A DNA stretch of 64,000 nucleotides from Octopus sinensis (lineage: Eukaryota), in NCBI RefSeq assembly GCF_006345805.1, contig NC_043011.1, positions 15,450,464 through 15,514,463 of the forward strand, in the 5' to 3' direction. Made by a program: the position numbers and the translations under genes. Positions 50,250-64,000 of this stretch are shown one piece after another (positions within the stretch are counted from its first letter, which is position 1; each line of letters begins with the position of its first letter). The notes beneath the pieces are model-generated. The model made no database searches. It had not been told where the DNA came from and worked only from the letters and a program-made list of their open reading frames with translations.

Positions 50250-51000
50250 TGGTTTTTATAATTACATATTTAACCTAGTCATAAGACAACCACTATTTTG
50301 CAATGATCAATAGCAATTTCTGCTACAGTATTTAATTTCACTTTTATTCTGCTTTCTATATCTTTCTTCTCTTTTTATACCTAATATTTACATTTCTGAG
50401 TGTATTACTTTCTATTACATCCAGAATTGTGAATACCATGCCCTGATTTATTGACAAATTGCTTATGTATATCTAAATTGCACGAACGGGTTTTGACACG
50501 ATTCTTTCACTAGAAATGTTTACAGCTCATCGTATGATAAATATCTTGTAATGATTGCAACATTTGCAAATATTTGCAATACATTCTATTTATTTCTAAA
50601 CACACTATATTCCCACTTGTTTTTCTTATTCGAATTATGAGACTTATTCAACTACAAAAATATTTCTAAGCACCATAATTAAATTTACCATCGATTTTAA
50701 TAAGTTTGAAAAATGAAAAAAAATGAAAGAAATAAAGAAAGGGAAAGAAAGAAAACTAATAAAGCGGTTCGGTTTTCAATTTCTTTCACAGTATTAAGAA
50801 AAAAAAAACTGTCAAGGGGGAATCAAACTCATAAAGGGGAATCGAACTTATAACCCTTTTTTATCCAGTTCTTTTGCAGGAAGCAATGTTTCCACATAAG
50901 TTAGAAGATTGAAGTTGTAGTTTATTTCAATTGGTTTTATTAAAAAAAAACCTTTCTTTTCTGACGCATTTTTATGGCGTTTAAAAGTAATATATTGAGA

Positions 51001-51337
51001 CCTCCTTCGGTCATGACTGACCGTGGAATTGCACCTAGAAAGTTACCCTCCCAGGTACAAGTCTGGGCAAGGTTGTTTTTTATGGAAGACCAGCAGTCGC
51101 CCATGCATACTGGCCTCCCCTCTCCACGCCACCAGTGTTATCCAAGGGAAAGGCAAAGGGGCCGATACAGCTTGGCACCTGTGATGTCGCAACTCATTTC
51201 TACAGCTGAGTGAACTGGAGCAATGTGAAATAAAGTGTCTTCCTCAAGGACATAACACGCAGCCCGGTCCGGTATTGGAGCTCACAACCTCACGATCGTA
51301 AGCTCGACGCTCTAACCAGTGAGCCATGCGCCTTCAC
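51001..51337 (-). mobile_element. SINE family D (tRNA-derived), full-length
   Basis: The minus strand reads GTGAAGGCGCATGGCTCACTGGTTAGAGCG (A box) ... GTGTTATGTCCTTGAGGAAGACACTT (central domain) ... CATGACCGAAGGAGG. Confidence 0.85.
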
Positions 51338-51364
51338 TAAAAGTAATATACACTCCGAAAGTAA

Positions 51365-51660
51365 AGGGCGCGCGGTAGTGATTAGTGTGTTGCACTCACA
51401 GTCGTAGTTTCAATTCCTGGAGAGGGTGGTGTGTTGTGCTCTTGAGTAAAACATTTCATCTCATGTTGCTTTGCAATCACTTCGACACCTGTCACATGGC
51501 ACCTGTCACCTGTCACATGTCACGGTGCACCTGTTCAGACAACATCAATCTAATGTCGCGTGTGAGCTAATGTACAGCACGTACATTTGATCACTATAAT
51601 CAAATCATTTGTGTAGGTTGTTCAGCAAGAAATTGCAGAATCGTCTCTCTAGAACTACGA
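51365..51660 (+). mobile_element. Old diverged SINE-like repeat
   Basis: GGTAGTGATTAG A-box-like, TTTCAATTCC B-box-like, and GTGTTGTGCTCTTGAGTAAAACATTT resembling the family D central domain. Confidence 0.45.
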
Positions 51661-51767
51661 GGCACCACCACCATATGTCGAAAAGGAAGGCAAAATTATA
51701 TGTTCTTGGTGAGCAGAGTCATAAACCTGCGTTCAATTACTACTCTCGGGTCATTTCACATTTCACT

Positions 51768-51834
<67 letters not shown>

Positions 51835-51840
51835 TCTTCT

Positions 51841-52220
51841 ACACCTGCTGTTGAGCGAACGGTCTTCGTCCCAGAGCTCGCAAGATGGGAGAAGTCCGAA
51901 ACGAGGTCCTTTGCTATTCGTAAGACCCGCAGAAGAGAAAGCAGGTCAACCACCGACACAGAGAGCATCGACGGATGGATGAATGCGCATCCAGGCTCAG
52001 CGGTTGCTTAGGAAGTCGGGGACAAGAAGCGGGAAGAAAGTGTGAGAGAAAGTTGGAGCGAAAGAGTACAACAGGGGTCGCCACCACCCCCTGCCGGAGC
52101 CTCGTGGAGTTTTAGGTGTTTTCGCTCAATAAACACACACAACGCCCGGTCTGGGAATGGAAACCGCGATCCTCCGACCGCGAGTCTGCTGCCCTAACCA
52201 TTGGGCCATTGCGCCTCCAC
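51841..52220 (-). mobile_element. SINE family C with tail type 3
   Basis: Family C head reverse complement ends CCATTGCGCCTCCAC at 52220. The tail is shared with 58637-58690 and 63588-63795, and is followed on the minus strand by (GAA)(TAG)n. Confidence 0.9.
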
Positions 52221-52870
52221 TGCTGCTGCTGTTGTGTGATGCAATCATAGTAAACAGCGAAAACCTTTCCTTCCTATTGTCAATCAATCCGCAAATACAA
52301 CCGTAATCAACAGCGCAGAGAAGAGTGGGTGATTTTACAATAAATTTACTTTATGTACAATTGGAAAGGAAGTCAATGGCTTCGCAAGTGACAGAACACA
52401 TTCATTAATAATTCCGAGGCATGTTTATTGGACGGTTATATAAATAAAATCGCTTAAATAATAAAAAATACATTAATTTTCTTATTATGAAACAGCTATC
52501 TTACTCATGAGAATGTGGACTGGATGACCTTAGCCAGCGTAAAAAGGTTGGATGCTTCGTACAAACAGCCAACAAATGTCATTTGCGTATCACGCGCGAA
52601 TCATTTACCACTTGTGGAATGTGCAGTTTATTATAAACACGTGATGTATTTAGACACTTGGAGTCCACTTAGACAACGCAATGAACACTAAGAGTATCAG
52701 ATTATTTGGCAATGCAATGGACACAAAAGAAATTCAAACAGGAATCAGTGATTGTCTGGCGGTTCTCGATCTTAAAAAAAAAAACAAAAAACAAACTGTC
52801 GGTACCATTTAAAGGGACTTTCCTTCCAAGGCCTCAGAAGTACACTTCTGCTTTGTGGGATTTCTTGTTC

Positions 52871-52975
<105 letters not shown>

Positions 52976-52986
52976 ATATACATATT

Positions 52987-53545
52987 TAAAATATTAGAAA
53001 AAACCCCACCTTTTATCAATTCAAAATGAATGATCAAATTACACCTTCTAGAAAATTACATATAATAGAAAAGTTAACGTTCAAATAACAATAAAAGTAA
53101 ACATTATGTAAATCACAAAAATAATATAATGTATATATGCTGTTGTGTGATGCAACCATAGTAAACAGCGAATATATTTCTTCCTATTGTCAATCAATCT
53201 CTGCGCTGTTGATTACGGTTGTATTTGCGGATTGATTGACAATAGAAAGGAAACATCTTCGCTGTTTACAATAGTTGCATCACACAACAGCATATATACA
53301 TTATATTATATTTGTAATTTATATAATCTTTACTTTTATTGTTATTTGAATGTTAACTTTTCTATCATATGTTATTTTCTTGATGGTGTAATTTAATTAT
53401 TCATTTTGAATTGATAAAAGGTGTTTTTTTTTCTAATATTTTATATATATATATATTATATCGTGTGGAATTTGATTTAGTATTTCTAAATTGAATTCTT
53501 TTTCCTTGTAAGTTTGGATTTTATTCCCTCAGATAATAATTATTA
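52987..53545. repeat. Large imperfect inverted repeat (arms 52987-53199 and 53230-53443, 30-nt spacer) of a TA-associated repeat family
   Basis: The arms are alignable as reverse complements. 52228-52321 is a further partial copy, and 55957-56150 is homologous to the minus-strand unit. Confidence 0.85.
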
Positions 53546-54464
53546 TATACATACATATATAAACATATAATCCAGCGACGAGAAAAGTATTTCATTTGTT
53601 ATATACAAGCATATATACATACATACATACATACATACATACATACATACATACATGTATATATATATTTATATATAATATATATAATATATGTATGTAT
53701 ATATATATATATATATATAGCCACACAAGGAAGTATATCATTGTTAGTTATGATGGCTCTTAAATTCTCTCATCAGCATAGCAATATACTGATTCTTTTC
53801 AGAAAGCCAATGTAAAATATAGATATAAAATCTTTAAAACATCTTTAGACATCTTTAAACAAGTTTTTGAGCACATAAATTTTGAAACAGTTTCCAAAAT
53901 TATATGACAACTCTGCAAATTTAACCACATCGAGGTCAAAATAGGAAACCGATATATTCAATTATTTAATTTCAGCTTTACAATGGAGTAATTAAGACTA
54001 CCGAAATAAATAAACGATTTGAATTATAATTGTCTATCTACATCTAACGAGAAAATTATTGATTTCTACAAGCGAAAGATTTACGAGAATAACTTTGATA
54101 ACATATTTAAATCCTTGGCAGTTGGCAGTTAGTCAATATGTAATGTTTTCTTGATGTAAATACAAGCTTAAAGCTAACAACGACCAATTTTGAATATGAT
54201 ATCTGTATAAAGAAGTTTGTTTTCTTAACAACATTGTGCATTAAAGTAACCGAGACAATATTGAATTATGATGCATTGAGCTAATTTCAGTTTTAACTCT
54301 TATAGAAAATAAAGAACTGTTTTAACGCTAAACAGTCATATTCCCGTTAGCTGTATTGTTTTTAGTGGAGCAGTGTTGAAGAAAGTGATCCAAACCCGAA
54401 GATTTACCAAAACAATGTTCTTAGTGAAGTCAAATGTAAATTAATTTGTAGTAAGTTACTAGTA

Positions 54465-54846
54465 GGAGCACTCCGTCGGTTACGACGATGAGGGTCCCAG
54501 CTGATACGATCAACGGAACAGCTTGCTCGTGGAATTAACGTGCAAGTGGCTGAGCATTCCACAGACACGTGTACCCTTAACGTAGTTCTCGAGGAAATTC
54601 AGCGTGACACAGAGTGTGACAAGGCTGGCCCTTTGAAATACAGGTACAACAGAAACAGGAAGTAAGAGTGAGAGAATGTTGTGGTGAAAGAGTACAGCAG
54701 GGTTCACCACCACCCCCTGCAGGAGCCTTGTGAAGCTTTATGTGTTTTCGCTCAATAAACACTCACAATGCCCGTTCTGGGAATCGAAACCGCGATCCTA
54801 CGACCGCGAGTCCGCTGCCCTAACCACTGGGCCATTGCGTCTCCAC
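54465..54846 (-). mobile_element. SINE family C with tail type 2
   Basis: TSD TAAGTTACTA at 54452-54461 and 54849-54858. The tail on the minus strand reads CACGAGCAAGCTGTTCCGTTGATCGTATCAGCTGGGACCCTCATCGTCGTAACCGACGGAGTGCTCC. Confidence 0.92.
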
Positions 54847-56239
54847 AATAAGTTACTAAACAGAGTCAACTAAGTAAATTTTGTATTATGAATAATAAAT
54901 AAACAAATCCGATGAAGAATGTATAAGTTCGGGTAGGCTGTGCGTAATGGTATTGCTAAGCATCCGTCGTGGATGTCTGTCTATAGGAATTTCAGGACCA
55001 TGAAAAATAAGCGTTCTGAGGTTGAAGTCGAGCAAGTAAAACGTTGGTAAGGTTAAGGCCTGCTTAGTGTCCTGAATACCAAAACAAAGAGCAGCATTAA
55101 GAAAAGAAATGGAATTATTTAAGTAATTGAGAAGCAGTTCAGTGGGCACTTCCAAGTGAAGGTAACTGAGCGGAACGGTTGATTAGGAGTGTGTAGTGAG
55201 TTTCTAATCAAAGTTAAAGCAGTTGGAGAGGGTCAATGGAAGTGATGAGAGAATTAATGAGTAGAAATCAGGATTCTTGGTTTGGAGTTTATGCTAAAGG
55301 AGTTGGAAAGTTTTGCCGGGCTGAGTGAAACTTAATTTGCAAGAGTTTATAAGAAGTGTAGTACGGCTCATACATCATTCCAGAATCCGGTAAGCTAAGG
55401 AGATGTTACTGAATATCTAACGGATCTCTCCAAACTGTACCACTCCTTCTCCTTGAATTATGCCCCCCCCCCGCCGAAAATGATGTAGCTATATTAGTTT
55501 TTACTGCTAGGCTAAATACTAGGTTGTACCATAGAAAATTCCTTTCCTAGTTTCTATTCTTACTATATGTATTCCCAGTGTAATCTGTTCAGAGAATCGA
55601 CTATATACAAGCGCCTTATTATGATGTTCTGTTGTACCCATAAAAGCACATTCATCAGCAGATAACGAGGATGCCCGTATACAAATATTGTGAGCCAAGT
55701 TCTTCATTATATAGAAAGAAGACTTTCATATCTGCTAACACCTACTCTATGTATATTTCTTGTTTATCAGAAGAAGCATGCAACTTATCTGATTTGCCTA
55801 CGTATATTAAATTCTCATTCAACTTACTTTGGAAGCTGCTTTGCCGAATACTTAATTTCTTTTAAGATGTTTAAAAGAGCATCGTCAAAATTTTACATGT
55901 CTGTTATGCGGTAGCTGTTTGCATGTTTTGAAGCCAAACTACATATATATATATATAATAATTATTTGAGGGAATATTATTCCTAACTTACAGGGAAAAA
56001 TTCAATTTAGAAATACTAAATCAAATTTGACAAAATATAATATATATATATAAAAATTAGAAAAAGCCACCTTACACCATCTAGAAAATTACATATAATA
56101 GAAATATCAAAATTAAAATAATTATACACCGAAGATTAAGTAAATTGCAAACAAATAATAAAAACGTGTGCTCTGTGTGCGTGCGTGTGTGAGTGTGTGT
56201 GTGTATGCATACACAGAGAGAGATAGAGAGAAATAGGAG

Positions 56240-56642
56240 AGCGCAGGAGTGGCTGTGTGGTAAGTAGCTTGTTTACCAACCACATGGTCCCGGGTTCAGT
56301 CCCACTGCGTGGCACCTTGAGCATGTGTGTCTTCTCCTATAGCCTCGGGCCGACCAAAGCCTTGTGAGTGGATTTGGTAGACGGAAACTGAAAGAAGCCC
56401 GTCGTATATATGTATATATATATATATGCGTGTGTGTGTTTGTGTGTCTGTGTTTGTCCTCCTAGCATTGCATGACAACCGATTCTGGTGTGTTTATGTT
56501 CCCGTTATCTAGCGGTTCGGCAAAAGAGACCGATAGAATAAGTACTGGGCTTACAAAAGAATAAGTCCCGGGGTCGAGTTGCTCAATTAAAGGCGGTGCT
56601 CTAGCATGGCCGCAGTCAAATGACTGAAACAAGTAAAAGAGT

Positions 56643-56646
<4 letters not shown>
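56240..56646 (+). mobile_element. SINE family B, full-length
   Basis: Same head, body and tail as 24066-24454; the tail runs into (GA)n. Confidence 0.9.
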
Positions 56647-56678
<32 letters not shown>

Positions 56679-58542
56679 TGTGTATGCGACAAAAACTTCA
56701 TGCAAATGGGAAGATAACAGACGATTAAGTAGGCAGGTGGTATAAAGGTTTGAAATATAAGTCAAAATTACCAAATACTACCATGCAGAATGCAGTTGTA
56801 CGTCATTACTCACATATTTCACAAGACGTTTTGAATATATTTTTGAAAAATATATACCTGGCACATAAAAGATATGCAATGTTAGAATATTAGCCCATTG
56901 CGCGTATTGATGATCTGAGTCTCCACGGAATATTGCGTTTGCAACATCAGCTAAAATAAAAAAAAGCAGAATTCAGTTTTCTAGGCTTTATTTGAAATAT
57001 TAGAGATATTTGGGAAAAAAATAATTGTAAAACTGTCAGCATAAAAGAAATGTGGAAGGGACATAAAATGAAATCGAATTCATCTTAACCTGTTAAGTGG
57101 TAGATACATAATAAGAAAGAAGATTTTTATATGCTCTTTGTTATCTTGCCGAGGAATAAAACGTGTAATTTAAAGAAAATATACATTAGGATTGCAATTT
57201 CCAGGAAATCTTAGAAAATGCAACAAGGAAAAGCAATTTTCTTTGTTTAAGATTTCGAACAGTGAAACGAGAATAAAAGCGAGAGGGACAGCATAGCTAT
57301 TTAGTGGATGTAAAGAAATACTCATCGTTTCATTGCGGGCTCTAAAATAAAATGGAAATTATGTTTTTACTATTTTATTTTATTTTATTTTTTTTCTGTT
57401 TCGTTTCTACAAATCGATGATCGACTGTTACAACAATAACCAGGTAGCTATTGAATAATATATAGGATCGTGTGACAAAAGGTAAGTTCTAAATCTTAGA
57501 AATGCGTCTCCTATTGACGTCGAATCTCTTTCACACCAAATCGATCAAATGATAAAATTTAAAGTAAGACTTCACCCGCTCTCTTCAAAATAATATAAGG
57601 AAGTCTATTTAAACATTTCGTTGAAAAACTTGTACATTATATACATACATACATACATATACAAAAAAGTTTGTTTCTATGTTTTTATTTTTATGTTTTC
57701 GTTTCTCATTATGTTCCAAGTTTTTTAGATGTTCTGTACCCATATATGCATGTATATATAAATATATATGTAGGTATGCACATATATGTATATATGCATA
57801 TATCTATATCTATCTATATATATATATATATTATATATATATATATATCATTTTTTTAGTCGAACGAATTAAGCCCAGTATTTATTTATTTATTATTAAG
57901 CTTGATTCTTATTCTATCGTTCACTTTTGTCGAACCGTTAAGTTATTGGGACGTAAACATACCAACACCGATTGTCAACACCGATTTGATTTCAGATTCC
58001 TTGGCTCTGGCTTAAAATGTACTTGGGACAATAGATTCGCTCCACTGCATTCAGGAATTCGAAATGTGTAGCCCCATTCTGATGTTTAAAATTATAATAT
58101 GTTTTGGTATACCTGTGTATGCTTGAATTTGTGGATAACTGGATTATATGCTTTACATTTATGTCAATTCTTTTAGTTCCTGATTTAAAATACTTCCGGT
58201 ATGAAATTGATGTTTCATAGTCTCCACGATTGAAATGACTGGATTGCACCAATTTAGTGGAAAACAGCAGCAGTAGCAGCAGCAGCAACCGTTCAAGAAT
58301 TTGGACCTGGAGATCTCCATTTCCATCGACTTCGATGGCCACTTCCCAGTGGTGTAGCGCGTCAACGAAGAGCCCTCGACTACAACAAGACGACCAAAGT
58401 TTCTTTTTTTCCCCAAGGTCTGGGGTTCTCCCGCCACTAAGCCTTAGACCATCACCAAATCATCCTTTCCCGCCTTGTTGCTTAACAACAGCAGCAAGAG
58501 CAGCAACAGCACCACCACCACCACCTCCTCCTCTTTCGTCAC

Positions 58543-58582
<40 letters not shown>

Positions 58583-58636
58583 CACTACTACTACTGCTGC
58601 TGCTGTTGCTGCTGCTGCTGCCGTTGCTATTGCTGT

Positions 58637-58876
58637 CGAATGAACAGTCTTTGCTCCAGAGCTCGCAAGATGGGAGAAGTCCGAAAAGGAAGAAAGAGTG
58701 AGAGAAAGTTGGAGCCAAAGAGTACAACAGGGGTCGCCACCACCCCATGCTGGATCCTCGTGGAGCTTTAGGTGTTTTCGCTCAATAAACACACACAACG
58801 CCCGGTCTGGGAATCGAAACCGCGATCCTCCGACCGCGAGTCCGCTGCCCTAACCACTGGGTCATTGCACCTCCAC
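58637..58876 (-). mobile_element. SINE family C tail type 3 with ~130-bp internal deletion
   Basis: GAGAAGTCCGAAA is joined directly to GGAAGAAAG, skipping the segment present at about 51900-52030. Embedded in (TGC)n. Confidence 0.88.
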
Positions 58877-59934
58877 TGCTGCTGCTGCTGCTGCTGCTGC
58901 CACTGCCGCTGTCTTTGCTGCTGCTACTGTTACTACTGCTTTATTTATGATATTGGTCTTGCATGAACTTCCTACCTAATATAGTATATTCTCTACTTAC
59001 GATCATTTATTTCCTCATACTAGTAGTAAATATCAATAAGTCAAAACTATAAAATAACTTGATGTTTTTTTTTCCGATAAAAAATAATGGAAAAGGAAAC
59101 GTTCAAATGTTATTTAAACGGCTTCTAGGTTGCTACGACATCGTGGCACAAATATAGAAATAGCATATACGTGTATACGCAAACATTCGATTTAAAGGAT
59201 ATATCCTGTTTTTTTTTTTTTTTTCAAGCAGTATTGATCTATTATTATCCAAAATCTCTAACCTCAGACAGTAGGGTGTGACATAAAGAAGATTTAGCTG
59301 CTAACTATAGGAGATCGAAGGCTGTGAGCTGCAAGAGTTGGTAGCTCGCCGGACCAAATATTTAGCAGCATTTATTCCGGCTTGCGCTCTGAGTTCAGAT
59401 TCTGCTTACATTGTTTCGTGGTCGATAAAATAAGTACTTACGAGTAACTGAGGTCGGCATAATTGACTAACCTCTCCCCACCTCAGTAATACAAGGTCGA
59501 GTAACCATGCTCAGTCTTTCAGATTTGTTATAAATTAGAGTACGGTTTAATAACTTGATCATATTTCCACTATCTGAATAAATACACGAAGAAAACTGCT
59601 TCCTGTGACGTCGGTCACCTCTCATTGTTAGAAATGAAATCGTGCAGTTAATATATATAGTGAGATTGACATATCAAACATATTTCTAATTCGATTTTGA
59701 AGATAACCTGTAATGTAGACGATTGCAAACAAACCTAAGTTTAATAGACGTACAAAATAAACAAGATAAGCTGACATGTCTGTGTTGGAAAATAATTATT
59801 CTTAATCAGTATCATATATTAAATGTAAGAGAAGCAAAAGATCAGTGATTACTTTTAAAATGCCACTTTGTTTATATTATTGTGTCAATCTCTCAATGGT
59901 TTAGCGCATTCCGAGACAGCAAAGTTTCGTCTTA

Positions 59935-60472
<538 letters not shown>

Positions 60473-61113
60473 ACTCGGAGAAAGAGAGAGAGAGGAAGTC
60501 AGGAACATAAAGAGATATATACTAAAGGAAAAATATAAGGCGGAATATTAAAACATCAAATTTAGAGTAATTTGTATACTGCATGGCTGACTTGTGCATT
60601 TCTCCAATTAATCTCGACATCGAAGATAAGCTAACTTACAAGAGGCTATCTTAAATCCGTAGGTCAAATATACGTGTTAGACGTACTATAGATTAGCTTA
60701 ATGTAGATTCCTAAGACAACAGATAAAATATTAGAAAGACTCTCTTTGAAATTTAGTTGAATCTCATGTTTTTATTGTCAAGCTTCAAATATACGGGAGT
60801 GGTTCGTGAGCCGAGTGTTTTGTCGAACTACTTACTGGATTCGATAGCAACAGAAGCCGTTTGTTTGATTTCTTTCACGTGCTATGCCTTGAATTATACA
60901 AGAGATTCGAACAAATAGGCACATACACATACAGTCTCACGCACATACATGCACACACACACACACACACACACAGAAGTATGTTATAAATATTTTATGA
61001 GATTTAATGTTTGTTATTGCATTATTTTATGAAAGCATTCAATAGGTGAATACCAGAGTGCTATGTAGTTTAACTCAAGAAAAGTATGTTAAAATACATA
61101 TATAATTCATATA

Positions 61114-61340
61114 TATTTCTCTACTACCAACAAGGGGCTAAACACAGAGGGGACAAACAAGGACAAATAAACGGATTAAGCCGATTATATCGACCCCAAT
61201 GCGTAACTAGTACTTAATTTATCGACCTCGAAAGGATGAAAGACAAAGTCGAGCTCAGCGGAATTTGAACTCGGAACGTAACGGCAGACGAAATACGGCT
61301 ACGCATTTCCCCGTTGTGCTGACGTTTCTGCCAGCTCGCC
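61114..61340 (-). mobile_element. SINE family A flanked by an unusually long imperfect duplication
   Basis: Reverse complement of family A. The flanks 61040-61113 and 61341-61436 are homologous, with the last 33 nt identical. Confidence 0.88.
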
Positions 61341-61575
61341 CAATAGGTTCAATACCTTGGAACAATATGTATTCACAGAGTGCTACGTGGTCTAACTAAA
61401 AACAAAGTATGTTAAAATACATATATAATTCATATAGGGTTTACGAGCCTGTTTCTAGCTGTTGGATTTATAGAGTGAATACAAGCAGAATATTTTTCAG
61501 TCACGAGACAATAAAATGTATTTGATTCGGCCTAAGTTACATATAAACATGCAAGTGATTGTAATTTAGGTTTAA

Positions 61576-61723
61576 CTCTTTAGCAGGGAAAATTGCTAGG
61601 TTCAGCCTCAATGTCATTTTGAAAATAAACAAATCTCAAAGCTATAAAATAAGGCATACTCAATTCAAAACAAAGTGAATAAATAGGCATTACTTTTGAC
61701 AGAATAATGTGAATGCCGAAGGG
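61576..61723. mobile_element. piggyBac-like MITE (TTAA flanks)
   Basis: TTAA|CTCTTTAGCA ... TGCCGAAGGG|TTAA: degenerate CCCTT-type TIRs with TTAA at 61572-61575 and 61724-61727. Confidence 0.5.
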
Positions 61724-62229
61724 TTAACAATTAATAGATTCTATAAATTGTTAAACATTTTGCAAAATGTAACAAAATTTAATTCTTTTTGCTTGTTTGT
61801 AGCAAAGAGCTCGATATATGCCTATTTCAGAGCAATTTAAGCTACACATATTTTAATACATTTATTTTCAGTTATATTTAACTGAAAAATATTTTATTTT
61901 CAACTCAGATTACGTAAGATGATATTAATTCTTATTGATCTAAGCCATTTGTTTCTCGATTTCTACAAAATAAAATTATCGCGTATGTATTGAGAAAGAT
62001 TTATGATTTATAGCTGCGAAAATACGTTAAACCCGAATTTGTTGATGCAATTGAATGTAGATTGTTTACGCGGAAAGAGAGTACATTTAATTTTACAGAT
62101 AGATTAATATTTACATCACTTGTCTTATGTAGTTTTATTCGCAGGTGTATAAAGTTTAGTCCAATTCCAATATTTTAAAACTTTATCTGTATTCACTTGC
62201 ACCTATTTATATGACATTAAACTGATTTA

Positions 62230-62465
62230 CACTAATCCTTCGACTATCGCGAGTGTTACGTTCTAAAATACCCGCGATAGGTGAAAATCCGCGAAGTAGA
62301 AATAGTGCTATATTGCATGTTTCTTTTTAAACATTTTTATAATTTTATATATTTATTTTATCACAAATGCTAAACAACACCACGGAGGAATCGACGTAGG
62401 CTTAAATAATAAACCACGGTAGGTAAAGCGTGACAGGTGAACCGCGATATAGCGAGGGGTTAGTG
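62230..62465. mobile_element. Tc1/mariner-superfamily (pogo/Tigger-like) MITE
   Basis: TA|CACTAATCCTTCGACTATCGCG ... CGCGATATAGCGAGGGGTTAGTG|TA, with internal CCGCGATAGGTGAA and CCGCGAAG repeats. Confidence 0.7.
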
Positions 62466-63475
62466 TATATAGCTATATTGTTTTTACCTTATTCAAATGT
62501 TTGGTACATTTCATCAAAAGAAAAATTACATTAACTTAATACAATAAGAAATATTTATAAAGTATTGCACCATGCATCAGTTGATGGATTTTAAAGTGGT
62601 TTTTTCTAAGCATCAATAAAAGTGATTTCAATTCCCATTTTTTCATCTGATATTTATGCTTTATAAACTTCTGTTGCAGTTCACAAGTGTATATAAATAA
62701 GTAGAATTCAAACATTTTACTTATTTGTTTCTCTAACTGAAACGATTCTGCTTGTGTTTGAATTATACTCTCCACTACCTTAAACACGTAGGTTTACAAA
62801 TGCATCAACGTACAAAACGCTTCCTCTCCTTATATATATATATATATATACAGGATTAAATTGCTCTAACTTATTTTATATCCTAAAATGCACTCGGAAT
62901 ATAAAACGCGGTATGCTATTTCATTCTTCTCTTGGCCAGATTATGCACCTTCTCACACATAAACACTGAAAGTCACCTATAAAAAAAAATTTGGTTTAAG
63001 CTCAATAGTCTGACTAGAATATTTCAAAATTAAATTAAAAAATATAAATATCAACATTTTGTTTTATTTCTCATGCTGATGACACAAATTTAATAGCTGA
63101 AGCACAAAATTTGTACTTAAATGCTGCTGCCAACTAAATATGTGTAAACTGCAGTGGAATATGAATTAATACAGCATATAGCTAAACACTGGTTACGACA
63201 TCGAACATGACCTGTCAGGTTACGCTGCCCAAAGCTGACAGGTTGTTAGTCACTGTATTGAATGGCCAACCTTGGGATATACTGCAATACTATATATATC
63301 CCCATAACCTGGCTCATGACTCGGCTTCAATTGCGCATGCCCTATGTTGTGAGACTGAAAAAGCTCCTAGGGTAGTCACATAGAGCATTAATATTGGTTT
63401 CAAATTTTGGCACAAGTTCCATATCGTTGGCGACTCCTTAAAATCGCTGTCCTTTTACCTGCATTCGAAAGATAA

Positions 63476-63500
63476 ATGATGATGATGATGATGATGATGA

Positions 63501-63531
<31 letters not shown>

Positions 63532-63554
63532 TATTATTATTATTATTATTGTTT

Positions 63555-63586
<32 letters not shown>
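63476..63586. repeat. In-phase compound array (GAT)n-(TAT)n-(TGT)n
   Basis: Directly visible. Confidence 0.95.
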
Positions 63587-63587
<1 letters not shown>

Positions 63588-63588
<1 letters not shown>

Positions 63589-63795
63589 ACTCTTTCTCTC
63601 ACTCTTTCTTCATGTTTCTTGTCCCCGACTTCTTATGCAACAGCTGAGCCTGGATGCGCATTCATCCATCCATCGATGTTCTCGGTGTCGGGAGTTGACC
63701 TGCTTTCTCTTCTGCGGGTCTTACAAATAGCAAAGGACCATGTTTCGAACTTCTCCCACTACAGACATGGGACGAACACCGCTTCGCTCAACAAA
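63588..63795 (+). mobile_element. SINE family C tail type 3, 5'-truncated (no head)
   Basis: CTTGTCCCCGACTTC...CTGAGCCTGGATGCGCATTCATCCATCC...TTCGCTCAACA is the reverse complement of 51850-52050. Confidence 0.85.
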
Positions 63796-64000
63796 AAAGC
63801 AAACAAACAAAAGCAGCAGAAGCAAGAACAGCAACAAAATCCGACGACGACAAATTGATGGGTTCAACTCCTTGCTTAGGGAATCTTTTTACTGGCATGG
63901 CAGCGAAATCCACGTAATACTTTACCCTCTCCCAAAACCCGCTTTTCAAAGTGAATATGTGGCCACGTTTCCATCCCGGTTAATATCTTGCGGCAACTCT

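Noticed and set aside
54886-55420. Minus-strand ORF with faint resemblance to a PLE RT thumb (LLDFNL...HPR...ITHSL)
   Set aside because: The similarity is too weak to call by eye; it probably is a decayed retroelement but cannot be classified.
57466-57486. Strong donor AAAAG|GTAAGT on the plus strand
   Set aside because: No convincing upstream acceptor with an open frame; isolated donors are common.

Overview
This is eukaryotic, AT-rich, repeat-saturated DNA, probably intronic or intergenic. The tRNA-derived SINE families and microsatellite load resemble an octopus (coleoid cephalopod) genome; that is pattern recognition, not a search result. I found no intact host protein-coding gene, no CRISPR array and no rRNA. 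Almost all ORFs in the supplied track are microsatellite translations. What is supportable: (1) about 25 SINE copies in four families (called A-D here), several with clear target-site duplications (TSDs), including dimers, a C/D chimera and one head carrying four different 3' tails; (2) retroelement remnants: two Penelope-like element (PLE) GIY-YIG fragments (22.5 kb and 33.7-34.4 kb), an R4/Dong-like restriction-like endonuclease 3' end, a CR1-like RT C-terminus and a Ty3/Gypsy integrase C-terminus; (3) non-autonomous DNA elements: a 31-bp-TIR MITE with internal TTAGGG motifs, Tigger-like and piggyBac-like MITEs, and a Helentron/HINE-like element. The most interesting signal is a set of at least five unrelated short PLE-type termini carrying minimal type I hammerhead ribozyme motifs (9.8/33.4, 15.7, 23.75, 36.55 and 47.66 kb). 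Two of them are folded into tail-to-tail palindromes, and one has a non-canonical CCGAUGA core. A weakly supported minus-strand promoter and first coding exon at 19.4-21.0 kb is the only host-gene candidate.
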